The notes under the pieces were generated by a model. That model searched no databases and was not told where the DNA came from. It saw only the letters and a program-made list of their open reading frames with translations. From Fistulifera solaris (lineage: Eukaryota), in NCBI GenBank assembly GCA_030295235.1, contig AP026126.1, positions 186,001-250,000 of the forward strand: 64,000 nucleotides of DNA, read 5' to 3'. This document shows positions 48,634 to 59,953 of the stretch, in pieces. The translations under genes and the position numbers were made by a program. Each line of letters begins with the position of its first letter. The stretch's first letter is position 1.

Positions 48634-48860
48634 CACTAACTAATCACGATTCTACTACGTAGTAATATATATTCCTAATTTCCTAACGTCAGACGTCAGA
48701 ATGTAATTACACCACTTCCTTTTCCCTTTTAACTACTAATTTTAGTAAATTATTCACAATTCATAATCATACAGTTCATTATTTATTGACTTATTTATCG
48801 CAGTAGAGGCCATTTCCCTGTCCTGGACAGGGCTATCATATCCCTAAGGAAGGTTCGACA

Positions 48861-48906
48861 GCAAATTTGCAGAGATCAAAAATTACTATTATCTCTGCAA
48901 ATTTGC
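48861..48906. repeat. Perfect 16-bp inverted repeat with 14-nt loop
   Basis: GCAAATTTGCAGAGAT at 48861-48876 and ATCTCTGCAAATTTGC at 48891-48906. Confidence 0.9.
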
Positions 48907-50108
48907 AGCTTTACGGCTCCCCGTACCATACTAGTAGGTTTTCTACAGTGATGCTTTTTTCTCCCCCTCGACAAAACAACAAAAACGTTTCCTTTGTCGA
49001 CCTCCGCCAAATTATTGGATGTTTCATCAAATAAATGGTATCTTTCACCCTTAATTAACCCACAAATATCTTTATTGCTCGTAAATATTTGTGTGGGTTT
49101 GCGGGAGGCGAGGGCGGAAGGATAAGGAATAAAGCGTGCCATCTGCTCGGATGCTCGCATCCTGCCGCCGCAACGCCGATCACACTGAAGGCAATGCAAT
49201 GCCTTTAATCGTCAGCGATGATGGACTCCGCTTCAACCCACATCATCTTTTAGCAATATCAACATCTTTTTGTTCAAGTATGCACAGAGATGCACCATTT
49301 GTCCGCTGTGAAATCAGCCCTGGAGTCATGAAAAATTCGGGGCAAATGTGTTGACGACGCCAGGTAAGAGCCCGGATCGTTATATAGAGCAGGTTAAACA
49401 AGCCCTACGTTTTGTATCTGCTCTTCTATTCTCTTCCTAACTGTTGCATACCTCCAACAAAGCTAGGTCCTGCTGTCGGGTTCTCAAACAAGGGAACGAT
49501 ATGCATCCATTCAATCATCGCATTGTCGAATCCTATCGATAGCTTCATAAGTGAAGGCAAAGCTGTTTCTTGGACCAGTCCATATTGTATTTGTAATGGA
49601 TTGTCGTTTATCGCCCGTTTATCCTGTCGCAACAATCAACCACTGCTTCGAAAAGTGTAAGAATATTTTGCTTAGATTACTCTTCCTGGTGTTGGATTCG
49701 ACTTATTGATACGAGCCGTCAATCCGCATTGGGGCTGCGCCTTTCAAAGACTTCCTTTGTGCTGAGATGTTGCTTCATTTAGTCTGGTTTTTGTTTTGTC
49801 TTGTTCAAGAAACCGGCTCGTAAGGCAATTGAGATAACTTTCAAATTGGCGTGACCGGGTGCACCAATGTGGTTTCGCAACTTTTTCCCTATCCGATGCA
49901 AGGGCGACACGTGCTGTATCTTCCAAGCAAAGCCCTTTAGCCACAACTATATTTTTAACGATAATACCCCAATACTTGATTCGTTTGGTTGCACCCTTGC
50001 TTCTCTCGATACTTGCTGGAGCCTGCTCGGCAGACCATTTACTTAGCCTAGGCGGACCATTGATTTGATGTACCACTTTTTTTTCCTTTTCCATCTACTC
50101 CTTTTTAG

Positions 50109-53012
50109 TTGATTAACCTGGATGAAGGCCGGATGTATGTCGTAGTGGCATGTCTCACGGCACTAAACTGGTGGAGAACTCCACTGTCCGTTCAGATCGC
50201 CAAATTAGATTTTATTAGCGTTGAGGAACTTTCCCGCCATTTTGCTTTATCTATGGTTCGTGCTCTGTACCGGTACGTCGAAGATGACCTGCCCATTGTT
50301 GACCCTGAGAGAGATGGTGATGATCTTTCCCACCATTATTATCGAGAGGATTATCTCATTGACTTGCTCAATCTTTATACTTTCGCAATAAGCAACCCGA
50401 AACATGCCCAAAGGCAAAAGTGAATCACCATAGAGTTATACTTGCCAATCTGCTAAAGCGCATGAGGGGAGAGCTGCTACGTAGCGAGGATAGAGTGTGG
50501 GCTTTTTGTCATAAAACTAAATCCTTTTCAATGAATCCTACAAATTCAATTAGAAGTGTCACCTCAGAGAGACAAATAATGGGAAATCAAAAGGAAAGGT
50601 TCGCCGAAATTTCAAGCTGCCAAGAGGAAAAGAAAGAAGCCCGAAGTAGCTGCGATGCAAGCATCACAGAACGCTCCAGTTCACGACACCCAAAACTGCC
50701 CTCCGATAAAAAGTACGACACCGATGTCCCTCAAAGGCCACAACGTCGTGACTCAACAGCGACAGTGAGCTCTGAATCCTCATCATCTTCAGGATCTGTG
50801 GCAAGGACTCCTGAGCATCAAATACGTGATGTTCGAACATTCGATAAGAGAAATGTGAATGAGCTCTCGGTTCAATCATTGTTTACTACTTCTGGTCGGG
50901 ATCGCAAAAGCAACAGTCACCTGCTATGCCACGCTAGTAGAATAGTACCAGACGCTTCTGACGACGCACTCGAGAGATATGCTAGTCGGATACGACAGGA
51001 ACTTCGTCATAAAGAAATGATGGAGCTCGCTGAGGCTGCCGAACGAGCAGCCGAGGCCGGTGAAGAAAGCTTCGCAGTACGCCCTTCAACGTTTGGAAAC
51101 AACGAATGGAGTAATGCAATGGACGATTCAATATTGAAAACACCTACAACTGCAGCTGTTACGCGTACCCACGGGTTGACTCCTTTGCTCATCCGAAAAA
51201 GAGTCGAAAAAATAGGCGTGACGGAATTAAGAGATGTACATGAAGTTTTTCCTGACTTTGGTGGGTTTCATACTCATTTGAGGACGCATTTAGTACGGAG
51301 GGGAGTCGATCGGAAGGCAACAATATTTAAGGAAAAATTGAAGACTGACACGGGTTTGAACTTTTTCGAGATCTCAATGATTGGATGTCACCCTCCACTG
51401 ATCCTGCATTAGAGCAGAAGCACTCACAAAATAGCTGCATATCGGCTTGGGATATTGGGAATATTCTTGGGGAGCACATAGATTTGTCCGGTTCGACAAC
51501 GCAAGCCACAGGGTCTTTACGGCACAAAGTAGAAGAAGGTTGTAGTGCCAGGCAGCCTATTGCGATCGATGCCTATCCACGCCCTGTCAAATACGAGACT
51601 CATAAAGTGCATTCATCGACGCGAAGGAGATTGCGTAGAGCATTGTTTGACGACAACGAGGATGATTTCCCTCGATCGCTGCCTGAAACGCAAACCTTAC
51701 AACACACCCAGACGTCAAACAAGCAACAAGCGCCCGATATGTACTCCAACACTCAGGACGCTAGAAAATCCTTGACAGATTTTGTGACACCTGTACGATT
51801 ACGAGACATCCGTCGATTGACCGATACGGACGACCAATTTGACGGATATATGTCACCATCCTCGTTGCTCGATAGTCCTGTGTACATGGTAAGCGAAAAC
51901 GAAGAGCAAATAGAGCAAATTGGCACGGCTTTGCACAATTCAAGAGCATCTCTCTCATCGATCATGTTGCCAAGTCTGGCATCTACTCACTCAGTAGACA
52001 TGAGAGTGGAAACGAGAGACGCGCGTATGATGGAAGGAACACAGCCATGCAAAGCTGTTGAAGATTCACGCGATGAAGCCAGCGAAGATATGCCCATAAG
52101 TGGGTTTCCCATCTTGGGACCTCTGCTTCTGGATGGGGCGACGCCGTTTACCTCTCGGGAGAACATCAGGCTGGCGGAAATAGAACTTCAATCGAATGAA
52201 GGGTTGCTCAATGCCCAACTCGTCCGCTTAAATCATGAGCCCAGCAACCACCACTATACGAGCTCCATCCAAACACCTATGCAGGACGGATGCGGGTGTT
52301 TGGGCATTTCCACGAATTCGTCGTTGGATTCGAACGAGCCTTCATTGTTGACACCTCAAGACGGTCAGTTATCCAAGCTCGCAACGGTAAAAGAAGATCG
52401 CACGTTGTCAACACGAGTCAATCCTCTCGCAAGTTTGATATCAAGAATGTCTCCCAGCAGCAGCGTTTTTCATTCCATGAAAAATAATCGTCTGTACTTT
52501 CGCTCCAAAGCGAACGACGCCTTTTGAACAATTATCTTTACTGCAGTAAATCGGTCGACCGTAGCCACACTGAGCGGTTGAGCTTGTTCTCAAAGACGTG
52601 TCACGAAACTCCTAGCTCGTGCATGGATTTAAACGTGAACTCGTGTTGTACTGCCATTCTCCCCGATACGTTCAGTGACGTCCCTAACATGAAACCGACA
52701 AATAACACTGCGCCGCTGCATAGTTTCGTTTCCCTGGGTAGAACGTCATCGTTGAAGAGTAAAGCAGAACTATGGTTTGATCGAGCCACGGAAAATTTTG
52801 ATCATTTTCTAGAGAAGTTATCCGGTGCGCCTAGCACCAATAGTGCAAGGAATATTTCTTTTCAAGCACCTACGTTGAATAAGAAGATAGTCTCTGTGCC
52901 GCATTCGGACCTACCTCCTGCTTCACCCGTCAGCGCTGTGTCGGATATTGGAACAGTGCTCGATCTAGATTCTATTTCACTGAAAACGATGGATCTCTCA
53001 ACCAACAAATAA
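50109..53012 (+). CDS. Large Ser-rich hypothetical protein split into abutting ORFs; upstream exons may lie at 49.2-50.1 kb
   Basis: Four head-to-tail overlapping + ORFs (50109, 50420, 51385, 52524); acceptor-like TTTTTAG ending at 50108 and GTAAG donor-like sites at 49364 and 49657. Confidence 0.5.
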
Positions 53013-53209
53013 AGCGTTACCTTGAACTTTATGTGCCACCATGCGAACCGACAACATGTATAATTAAAAGACCGTGGTGAACGCACTGGTCATGTATAGT
53101 CTTGTCTTTTTTATATCCAAATCAAATCTCCTACTGAACCAGTGATAAGCATGTCTATTACTCCGTATTATTATTTGTATTACCGTAAAGTATGCTCTAA
53201 TTCATTCAT

Positions 53210-54061
53210 TCACGCCCCCGGCGGAGCCAGATCTTCTTCGGATTCCGTCACGGCACTGAATCCCCGAAACGCCTTGTTTTTGCGCACCAACACTTCCGGA
53301 ACACCACTGCCATCCCGGACGACCAACAAATCATCGTCCACGAAAGTCACAAAGAGTTGTCGTTGATACTGCAGTTGCGCCGGAATGGCCACTTCCCGAT
53401 CCAACACGTACGCCTTTTCGTACGTTTCTCGCAATCGCACCCCTGACTCGGCTTCCAGGGCCGCCGAGACGCGGACTTTGGAGGCGGCACCTCCCAATAA
53501 TTTGACATCAATCGATGCTTCGACCCGCGGTTGACTCCGACTAATGGCGATTTCCAAATTTCCCGTCATTTCCACCAACGCGGCCGGCAGTTTTTGGGCC
53601 AACGTGAGCGCAAAGATTCCCGGACTGTAGCCGCCGGAATACAAGAAGAGCGCCAAATCGCGGGTCGGTGAGGGCAACGCCCATTCGGGGGCGTATCCTC
53701 CGACATATTTGAGTTCCCAAATTCCATTGATTAGGGGTGAAACCGCCGGATCGGGAGTCGGATTCAATGTTTCGAGTCGCAACAAGGCTTCGTTGATGGC
53801 GGCACGTGTTTCTGTACTCACAGTACCCGACAACGTCGAAGGCAATAAGTTGATGACTTTGTTCACCCATGCTTCCGAATCGGTGGGAATCACGTCTTCC
53901 ACTTCATCGACCACGACAACGTAATCGTCACTATCATCGACATTGACATCGGAAGGTTCACTGCGAAAGACCGTGGAGATATAACGGCTCCTCATCATCG
54001 GCATCGATGGGGAAAACGCCGTCACATTCGCGACAAACAGGAAAGCCCAACTGAAACGCAT
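53210..54061 (-). CDS. Plastid lipid-associated protein (PAP/fibrillin)
   Basis: Bipartite TA-FSP presequence; LE.LNPTP.P..SPLINGIWELKY; VTFVDDDLLVVRD..G.PEVL.R. Confidence 0.9.
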   Translation of the reverse strand: MRFSWAFLFVANVTAFSPSMPMMRSRYISTVFRSEPSDVNVDDSDDYVVVVDEVEDVIPTDSEAWVNKVINLLPSTLSGTVSTETRAAINEALLRLETLNPTPDPAVSPLINGIWELKYVGGYAPEWALPSPTRDLALFLYSGGYSPGIFALTLAQKLPAALVEMTGNLEIAISRSQPRVEASIDVKLLGGAASKVRVSAALEAESGVRLRETYEKAYVLDREVAIPAQLQYQRQLFVTFVDDDLLVVRDGSGVPEVLVRKNKAFRGFSAVTESEEDLAPPGA

Positions 54062-54450
54062 TTTGAATTGTTGCTTTGTCGAGAAATCAAAAGAATATGG
54101 GATAGACACGTCTCTCTAGATAAAGGAGCTTGTGTCAAAAACGCCAGCTTCTTGTTTCCTTGTTTGCAACGCATCGAAACGTCCAAGATGCATGATGACG
54201 TGTGTGCGCGAGGAATGCTTTTGGTTCGTTCGTCGCTCTGTGCTGGTTTTGTCACGCTTATTTTCATTCTTACGATTGAAGTATCAGTTTGACATACGAC
54301 ACAGATTTTTGGCTATGCCCTATCGTCCCTTTTTTCACACATTGTTTTCGTTCCGATGAAACATTGTTATTATGTTACCTGGTACTCCTAATTACTTGCA
54401 AGTCAACGAAACCTACCGTTATTCCTTCTCTGAACAGGCTCGCATAACCA

Positions 54451-54729
54451 ATGTCCCAAAATGACCAAGACGATGATTTGTACGACGATGTTATGGACGT
54501 CAAACCCGCCGCGAAAACCGATCGGCAGGCTCCTTCCGATCCGCAGGCTGGGATTCTTCCGTTGTCACTGACCGACCAAGTTCAGATGCTACAAAGACGG
54601 GTGTCGGAACTCGAACGAGAAAATGAACAATTGCAACGGAATATGGGTACCTTGTATCGAACGGCCAAGGCCGAGTTGCAACGCAAAGATGATCTCATAC
54701 AGCAATTGATGAAGGAAACGAAAGATTGA
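54451..54729 (+). CDS. Small coiled-coil protein resembling the FLASH/CASP8AP2 N-terminal domain
   Basis: DDLYDD followed by ENEQLQRNMGTLYRTAKAELQRKDDLIQQL. Confidence 0.65.
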   Translation: MSQNDQDDDLYDDVMDVKPAAKTDRQAPSDPQAGILPLSLTDQVQMLQRRVSELERENEQLQRNMGTLYRTAKAELQRKDDLIQQLMKETKD

Positions 54730-55031
54730 TGTATAGGGGAATGCAGACTTAATTCGGTTTCGAGGGCTAATGTCATTCTTTTGAACTCAACATTATTATT
54801 TGCAAACGAAGCTGCCCCTACTGCATACGATGGAAGTACATCTGTGAATCTGGATTTCCTATATTATTTTCGGAGCGATCGCCACGATGAAAAGTCTTTG
54901 ACATTCCCTTCTCTTTGTTTCTTAAAGGTCTCTTTGTTTCTTAAAAGCTGAAAGCTGTGCTCGATGACTTTCTTCACAGATCAGTCGTACGCAAGGGCGC
55001 TCTACGCACTACCCACACGTAAAAACCCCGA

Positions 55032-56432
55032 TCATCCATTACAGAGATCACGTTTTTGGGGTAAACACATTCTCTGATGGGATCCCACCAGTGGTACACC
55101 CGTTCCGCCTTTTATAGTAAACAGTGGATAGCCAATTAAACGATAATGCGTCTCCATGATAGTTGCTGGATTGTGGTAATCAATGTCATCCCGGAGGAAT
55201 CCGCAGTACACCCAACTTGACCGGCAGCCAGCATTGAAGCGTACTTCATCCAGGACTAGTGGATTGGCGCGGTGTGCGGGATAAAAACGACCATGGTCGC
55301 AACACGCCGAGTCATCGGGATCAAGATCGTGAACAACGGAGAAAAGTCCTTGCTTGGGTAACACTCGATTCACCACCGTCTGTGGATCCACCAAGGGAAA
55401 GTCACGTTCATGGGGAACCGCCTCCGTTCGGTGAGCAGCCATCAAAATGCCTTCCCGAAGCAATTCAGATATGGCGGGAATAGCATCGTATCTCATATTT
55501 AATACTAAATCCGGTTCCGAAAAATACACGTACTTCCATCTACTGGGGTTGGACCCTAACCAGGCTTGAACGTGATCGGGCTCGATCTGTTGATCGAGTT
55601 GTTTGAAGGCAGTCTGGAGTCCGAGAGCGGCCAACTTCGCGACAAGACGCTTTCCTTCCAGAGATACACCGTCATACTCGATCGAATGCAGCTCCATGGC
55701 CCGCCCAAACGACGCCATCTGGTCTCGCACCAGAGCAAAACTCTGATTGGCCAGAACTTGTTCGTGTTCCGAAATTCCCACCACAATCGCACGTCCCATA
55801 CCCACTTTCCATAACGAAATCAACGTAGCCGCGAGTTCCAATGCCAACAAATCATTTTCCTCGGCGATCCCTGATGTTACGCGTACCGGTAAAACAGCGA
55901 GGGTCGCCGGAGCGACCGCGTCCGGGGAAAGATCGTACGGTTCGGTGCGTTGTATGTACTGGGTGAGAATAGAAGTAAGTTGCTGGGTCACATTGTGTTG
56001 TACCGGAAACGCCATCATCCGTTTGACATATTGCGACCAATGCTCGACCATAAAATCCAACCAATCTTGCGTCAGGCGGATATCCCGGTAATGATGATAA
56101 ATGTACGATTGAAAGGCGACATCTTCCGGGACGCCCATGTCATCATAGTTTGTGTTCAAGAAAGAGTCCAGCCGTTGCCACCACATACCGCTATAATATT
56201 CACCGTACGAACCAAAATCAGAAGGATGCAAGAAATGGACGGTGCGCTGTGTTGGATGTTTGGGTGATGGACGCGTTTCATTGTCAATTGGGAGTTGCGT
56301 GAGGCTCGTGTTCTTTTCATATTCACAAAAACGGAATGACAACTTTTCATTCGTTAAGGAATAAAGTGAAAGAACACCGAGAAAGAAAAGAAGGAAAGGA
56401 CCCGATCGAATCTTTCCTGTCGTGTTTCCCAT
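55032..56432 (-). CDS. Type II membrane hypothetical protein
   Basis: Intact 466-aa ORF, N-terminal TM, WKYVYFSEPD..L..R motif, Cys-rich C-terminus. Confidence 0.7.
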   Translation of the reverse strand: MGNTTGKIRSGPFLLFFLGVLSLYSLTNEKLSFRFCEYEKNTSLTQLPIDNETRPSPKHPTQRTVHFLHPSDFGSYGEYYSGMWWQRLDSFLNTNYDDMGVPEDVAFQSYIYHHYRDIRLTQDWLDFMVEHWSQYVKRMMAFPVQHNVTQQLTSILTQYIQRTEPYDLSPDAVAPATLAVLPVRVTSGIAEENDLLALELAATLISLWKVGMGRAIVVGISEHEQVLANQSFALVRDQMASFGRAMELHSIEYDGVSLEGKRLVAKLAALGLQTAFKQLDQQIEPDHVQAWLGSNPSRWKYVYFSEPDLVLNMRYDAIPAISELLREGILMAAHRTEAVPHERDFPLVDPQTVVNRVLPKQGLFSVVHDLDPDDSACCDHGRFYPAHRANPLVLDEVRFNAGCRSSWVYCGFLRDDIDYHNPATIMETHYRLIGYPLFTIKGGTGVPLVGSHQRMCLPQKRDLCNG

Positions 56433-57354
56433 CGATGATTCTTGTCACCTCATGGGGTTTTGTGGATATAAAGTTCGCGGCAAGCGAAATAAATTAGCAG
56501 ATAGCAGTAATATCTTGTAGATTTGATAATGAGAAGCGCCTGCGTCTCCCGTAGCCTTTTAAATTAATCAAAGCAATCTTTCATTATTGTTTGTTCAAAT
56601 GTTCGAATCATCATCAGCATCATCAGCATCATCACAATAGCAACTTTTTCTTCGTTGTCATTGGAGAGGCGGAGAGCCACCGAAGCGAAGGATTACCGAT
56701 AAGACACATTTTCAAACTACTAAAAGTTCCGTCCCTCTCCAGAGAAGCAACAGCATTGGCATGCGACAGGCACGCACTTCCACTTGTTTCTTGGTACGCT
56801 GTTTTACGTGGCAAAAATTCGGCAATACCAGTAGGGTGTAGGGTCGCGTGTCGCGTCTCGTTTGTGGTCGCCGCGAACAAATACTTTGTACTTTACGCAG
56901 CAGTGGCCAAGGCTTCACCCTACCTTGAACCGTGAAGTCCTGATCCGGTCTACATCCAGATAAAGAGTCTTTCTTCATCCGGTACTAAGAAACATCCGGA
57001 TCGGAAATCGGAACAGTTCGCTTCAAGGCAGTCGACACCGCCATGTACATTTGGTTGGAGAGTTCGGAGACCGAAGGCGACGTACTTTCTCTATCCAATT
57101 CCGAGGACGAGAGGTGGCGAAAACAAACGTGGGTGCGACTTCGCGTTTCGGGAGCTTTGGCATGCCGTTCAAATAACTCTGTTCGCTTTTACTCGCCTTT
57201 TTCGAAGTCACTTGTCAGCGGTCCCCTTGCGTCGATTGCGAACTCGATTGATCGCAATGTCAATCGAGTTGACTATCGACTTGTAAGAAAGCGAAAAACG
57301 AGCTAACAGAGAGTCGACAAGGCATCGAAATCTGCTAGTCGAGAACTACCAGAA

Positions 57355-59656
57355 ATGAGTAAACTCAATGCTAATATGAGCAGTATACTACAAACAACAA
57401 CAACAACAAACTTGATAAATGCCACCGCGCCTCCCTGTCGCCTTGTAGAAGATGAAGCAGATCATAGAGCACACGTACTGGCAGCAGCATTGACGGAGGC
57501 GACGGGAATTCCACTCGAAGCCAGAAACGGAACCATCAACTTGCGTGGACCGGCTACCACAGATGCCTTCCTTCAACCACCAATAAACGAGAATACAGTC
57601 CTCATGACCACCATTGGACTCGGCATCGATCCATTCTTTGGACCGACTTCCATGACAGCCACGTTTGCGGCCATCAAAGCGGTACGGGATGCCATGGAGC
57701 GAACCATCTTGCGGTTTCCTTCTGACAACTCCAATCTACGTTTACACGTTCAGTTGGGCGTGCCTGCGCGGTTTCCTCAGCAAACCGCACCCATGCACGT
57801 GGATATTCAGCAAATTACTCCCTTATTGCCTTCGTTTGTGCCTCTCTTGCCCGTGGAAGTGGTAGTGGGTGGTTTGTTGAGTGGGTTGACAACTGCGACA
57901 TTTCCGCAAAACATGACTTGCACGGTTGTGGCTTGTATTTCTCTTCGCAGGATCACTTCTGTTCTGGAAGTGAGACCACCCAATTTGGTAAATCTCCCGA
58001 CGCAGTGTGAGGAGAAAAGTCCAGGAAAGACCCCCGCGCGAGTGGAAGTCGACAAGCCCGTGCATGTATGCGCGGCCAGCATGGAGGCCGCGGAAGTTTT
58101 GAGTGGATCTTTAAGTCAATCGCGAAAAGAAAACAGGTCTTTGAGGAAACAAAACAATATCGATGTACTGGCTCATATTGGTGCCGAACTTCATGAAGAA
58201 GAACCCAAAGGCGCAGCCGCATTTGGAGGCGGAGGATGCTGCTGGTAACTATAACTTCAAAAAGTTACCGCCTGGTATGACCAGCAAGAAGAATAAACGA
58301 CTGTTCGTTAAGCACAGTTACCGTGACTACTCTCACGAACATCCCTTGCCGGACGAGCTAGATTTGATGGAAACAGGGAATGCACGGACCGTGAATGCGG
58401 CTTTTCCACTGAAACTTCATGAAACGCTCTCTTTGATAGAAAAGGATGGAAATGATCATATAGTGGGATGGTTATCGCACGGTCGTTCGTTCAAAATTCA
58501 TCAGCAGAAGGAGTTTGTCGAGATGATATTGCCCCAGTATTTTGTTATGACGAAAAAGTCTTCCTTTTACGACAACTTAATCTGTAAGTTCGCTTGATAA
58601 GTTTTTAACTGTCGGAAGCTGTGATTCAAGCTAACACCTCTGTTTTTTAGGTATGGATTTAATCGCTTGTCGGGGTCGGGTGCCGATCAGGGAAGTTATT
58701 ATCATGAGAAATTTCTACGTGGAATGAAGTTTCTTTGTCGACGCATTCATAGACAGAAGGTAAACGGTAACGGGATTAGGGCCGCGGGAAATCCGGAAGG
58801 AGAGCCAAGTACGTAAATTCAAATCACCTTGTAGCAAAAGCACAACAGAGTGTTTGCTCACTCTTTCCGAACTTCAGGTCTCGGTATCTTCCCATCATGT
58901 CCTCTGAAACCATCGGAACGTCAATTAAATTCTGAACAAACGAACGGAATGCAGTTGCCCTTGTCGTCGCCTCCAGTGGTTGCAACACAAGGGAATGGGA
59001 GCCTGACATCGCTAGCTGCGTACACAAGAGTATATTTAGCTGCCAAGAAGCAAAACGAAGTCGTGGGTATTACGGAAATCGATAGAATAGACGAGGATCA
59101 GTCTTCTGCTGAGGACTCTGGATTGTCAGAAGCGGCCAAGTCGACTCAACCTCCGGCATCCTTCATCTCTGCCAGTTTTCCTCTCAAGCTCCATTGCATT
59201 CTCGATAAATTGGAATCAGAAGGATCCAAAGATATTATCTCGTGGCTACCTCACGGACGGGCCTTTCTCGTTTCTGACGTGGATCGCTTCGTTGAAGAAC
59301 TAATGCCCCGATACTTTCATATGAGCAAGTACGCGTCATTTCAGAGACAGCTGCATATGTATCATTTTCAGCGCATCACAACCGGTCGCGACAAGGGAGC
59401 TTATCATCACCCTAGTTTCCTGCGCGGCTCTTCCGATCTGTGTCTGAGTATGACGCGAACGAGGGTCAACGGAAAAGGAACGCGTAGACCCGGCAATCCA
59501 GAGGGAGAACCTGATTTTTACGAAATGGACGCCATGCCCGCCATTCCTCGTGGGTCAATCGTTGAATTTCCTACGGAGACTTCCACACCTGAACCAGCCA
59601 ATCCGGTAGCGAAGAAGCGTGTGAGAGTTTCCAGCTGTGGTAGCGAAAGCAGCTAG
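57355..59656 (+). CDS. Heat-shock factor with two HSF DNA-binding domains and an N-terminal Lin0512-like domain
   Basis: Two FPLKLH...W..HGR.F...YF...SF.RQL..Y.F.R...G.Y.H..FLRG blocks. Introns at 58584-58650 and 58809-58877. Frameshifts near 58200-58240 and 58565. Confidence 0.8.
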
Positions 59657-59953
59657 ATCGGCTGAAATTTGTTTGGGGTTTGTGTCTATAAAAATGCGCG
59701 ATGTTCTGGGATTAGGCCGCATAGACGAATGTATTTTTAAGTAACGTGGAAATAGATCTTGTGTTTTTTCGCTCGCAATCGCTAAGGGTTTCATGCACTG
59801 AAGTCGGTCCGGTACTGCTCTGCCGATGACGACTTCAGATTTCTCGAGTTTTGAGCTACGGTACCATCAAACGTATTTACACGAACAGGTCTACCTTATT
59901 TAAACTCTTTGCTTGTTTGTATTATTTCTTCTTCGTCCCATTCTCGAGCATAC

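Noticed and set aside
48801..48832. Helitron 3' end on the minus strand
   Set aside because: The hairpin is present but is followed by CTAC rather than CTRR, and no 5' end was found.
54910..54945. 17-bp direct repeat TCTCTTTGTTTCTTAAA twice
   Set aside because: Simple local slippage duplication between convergent genes.
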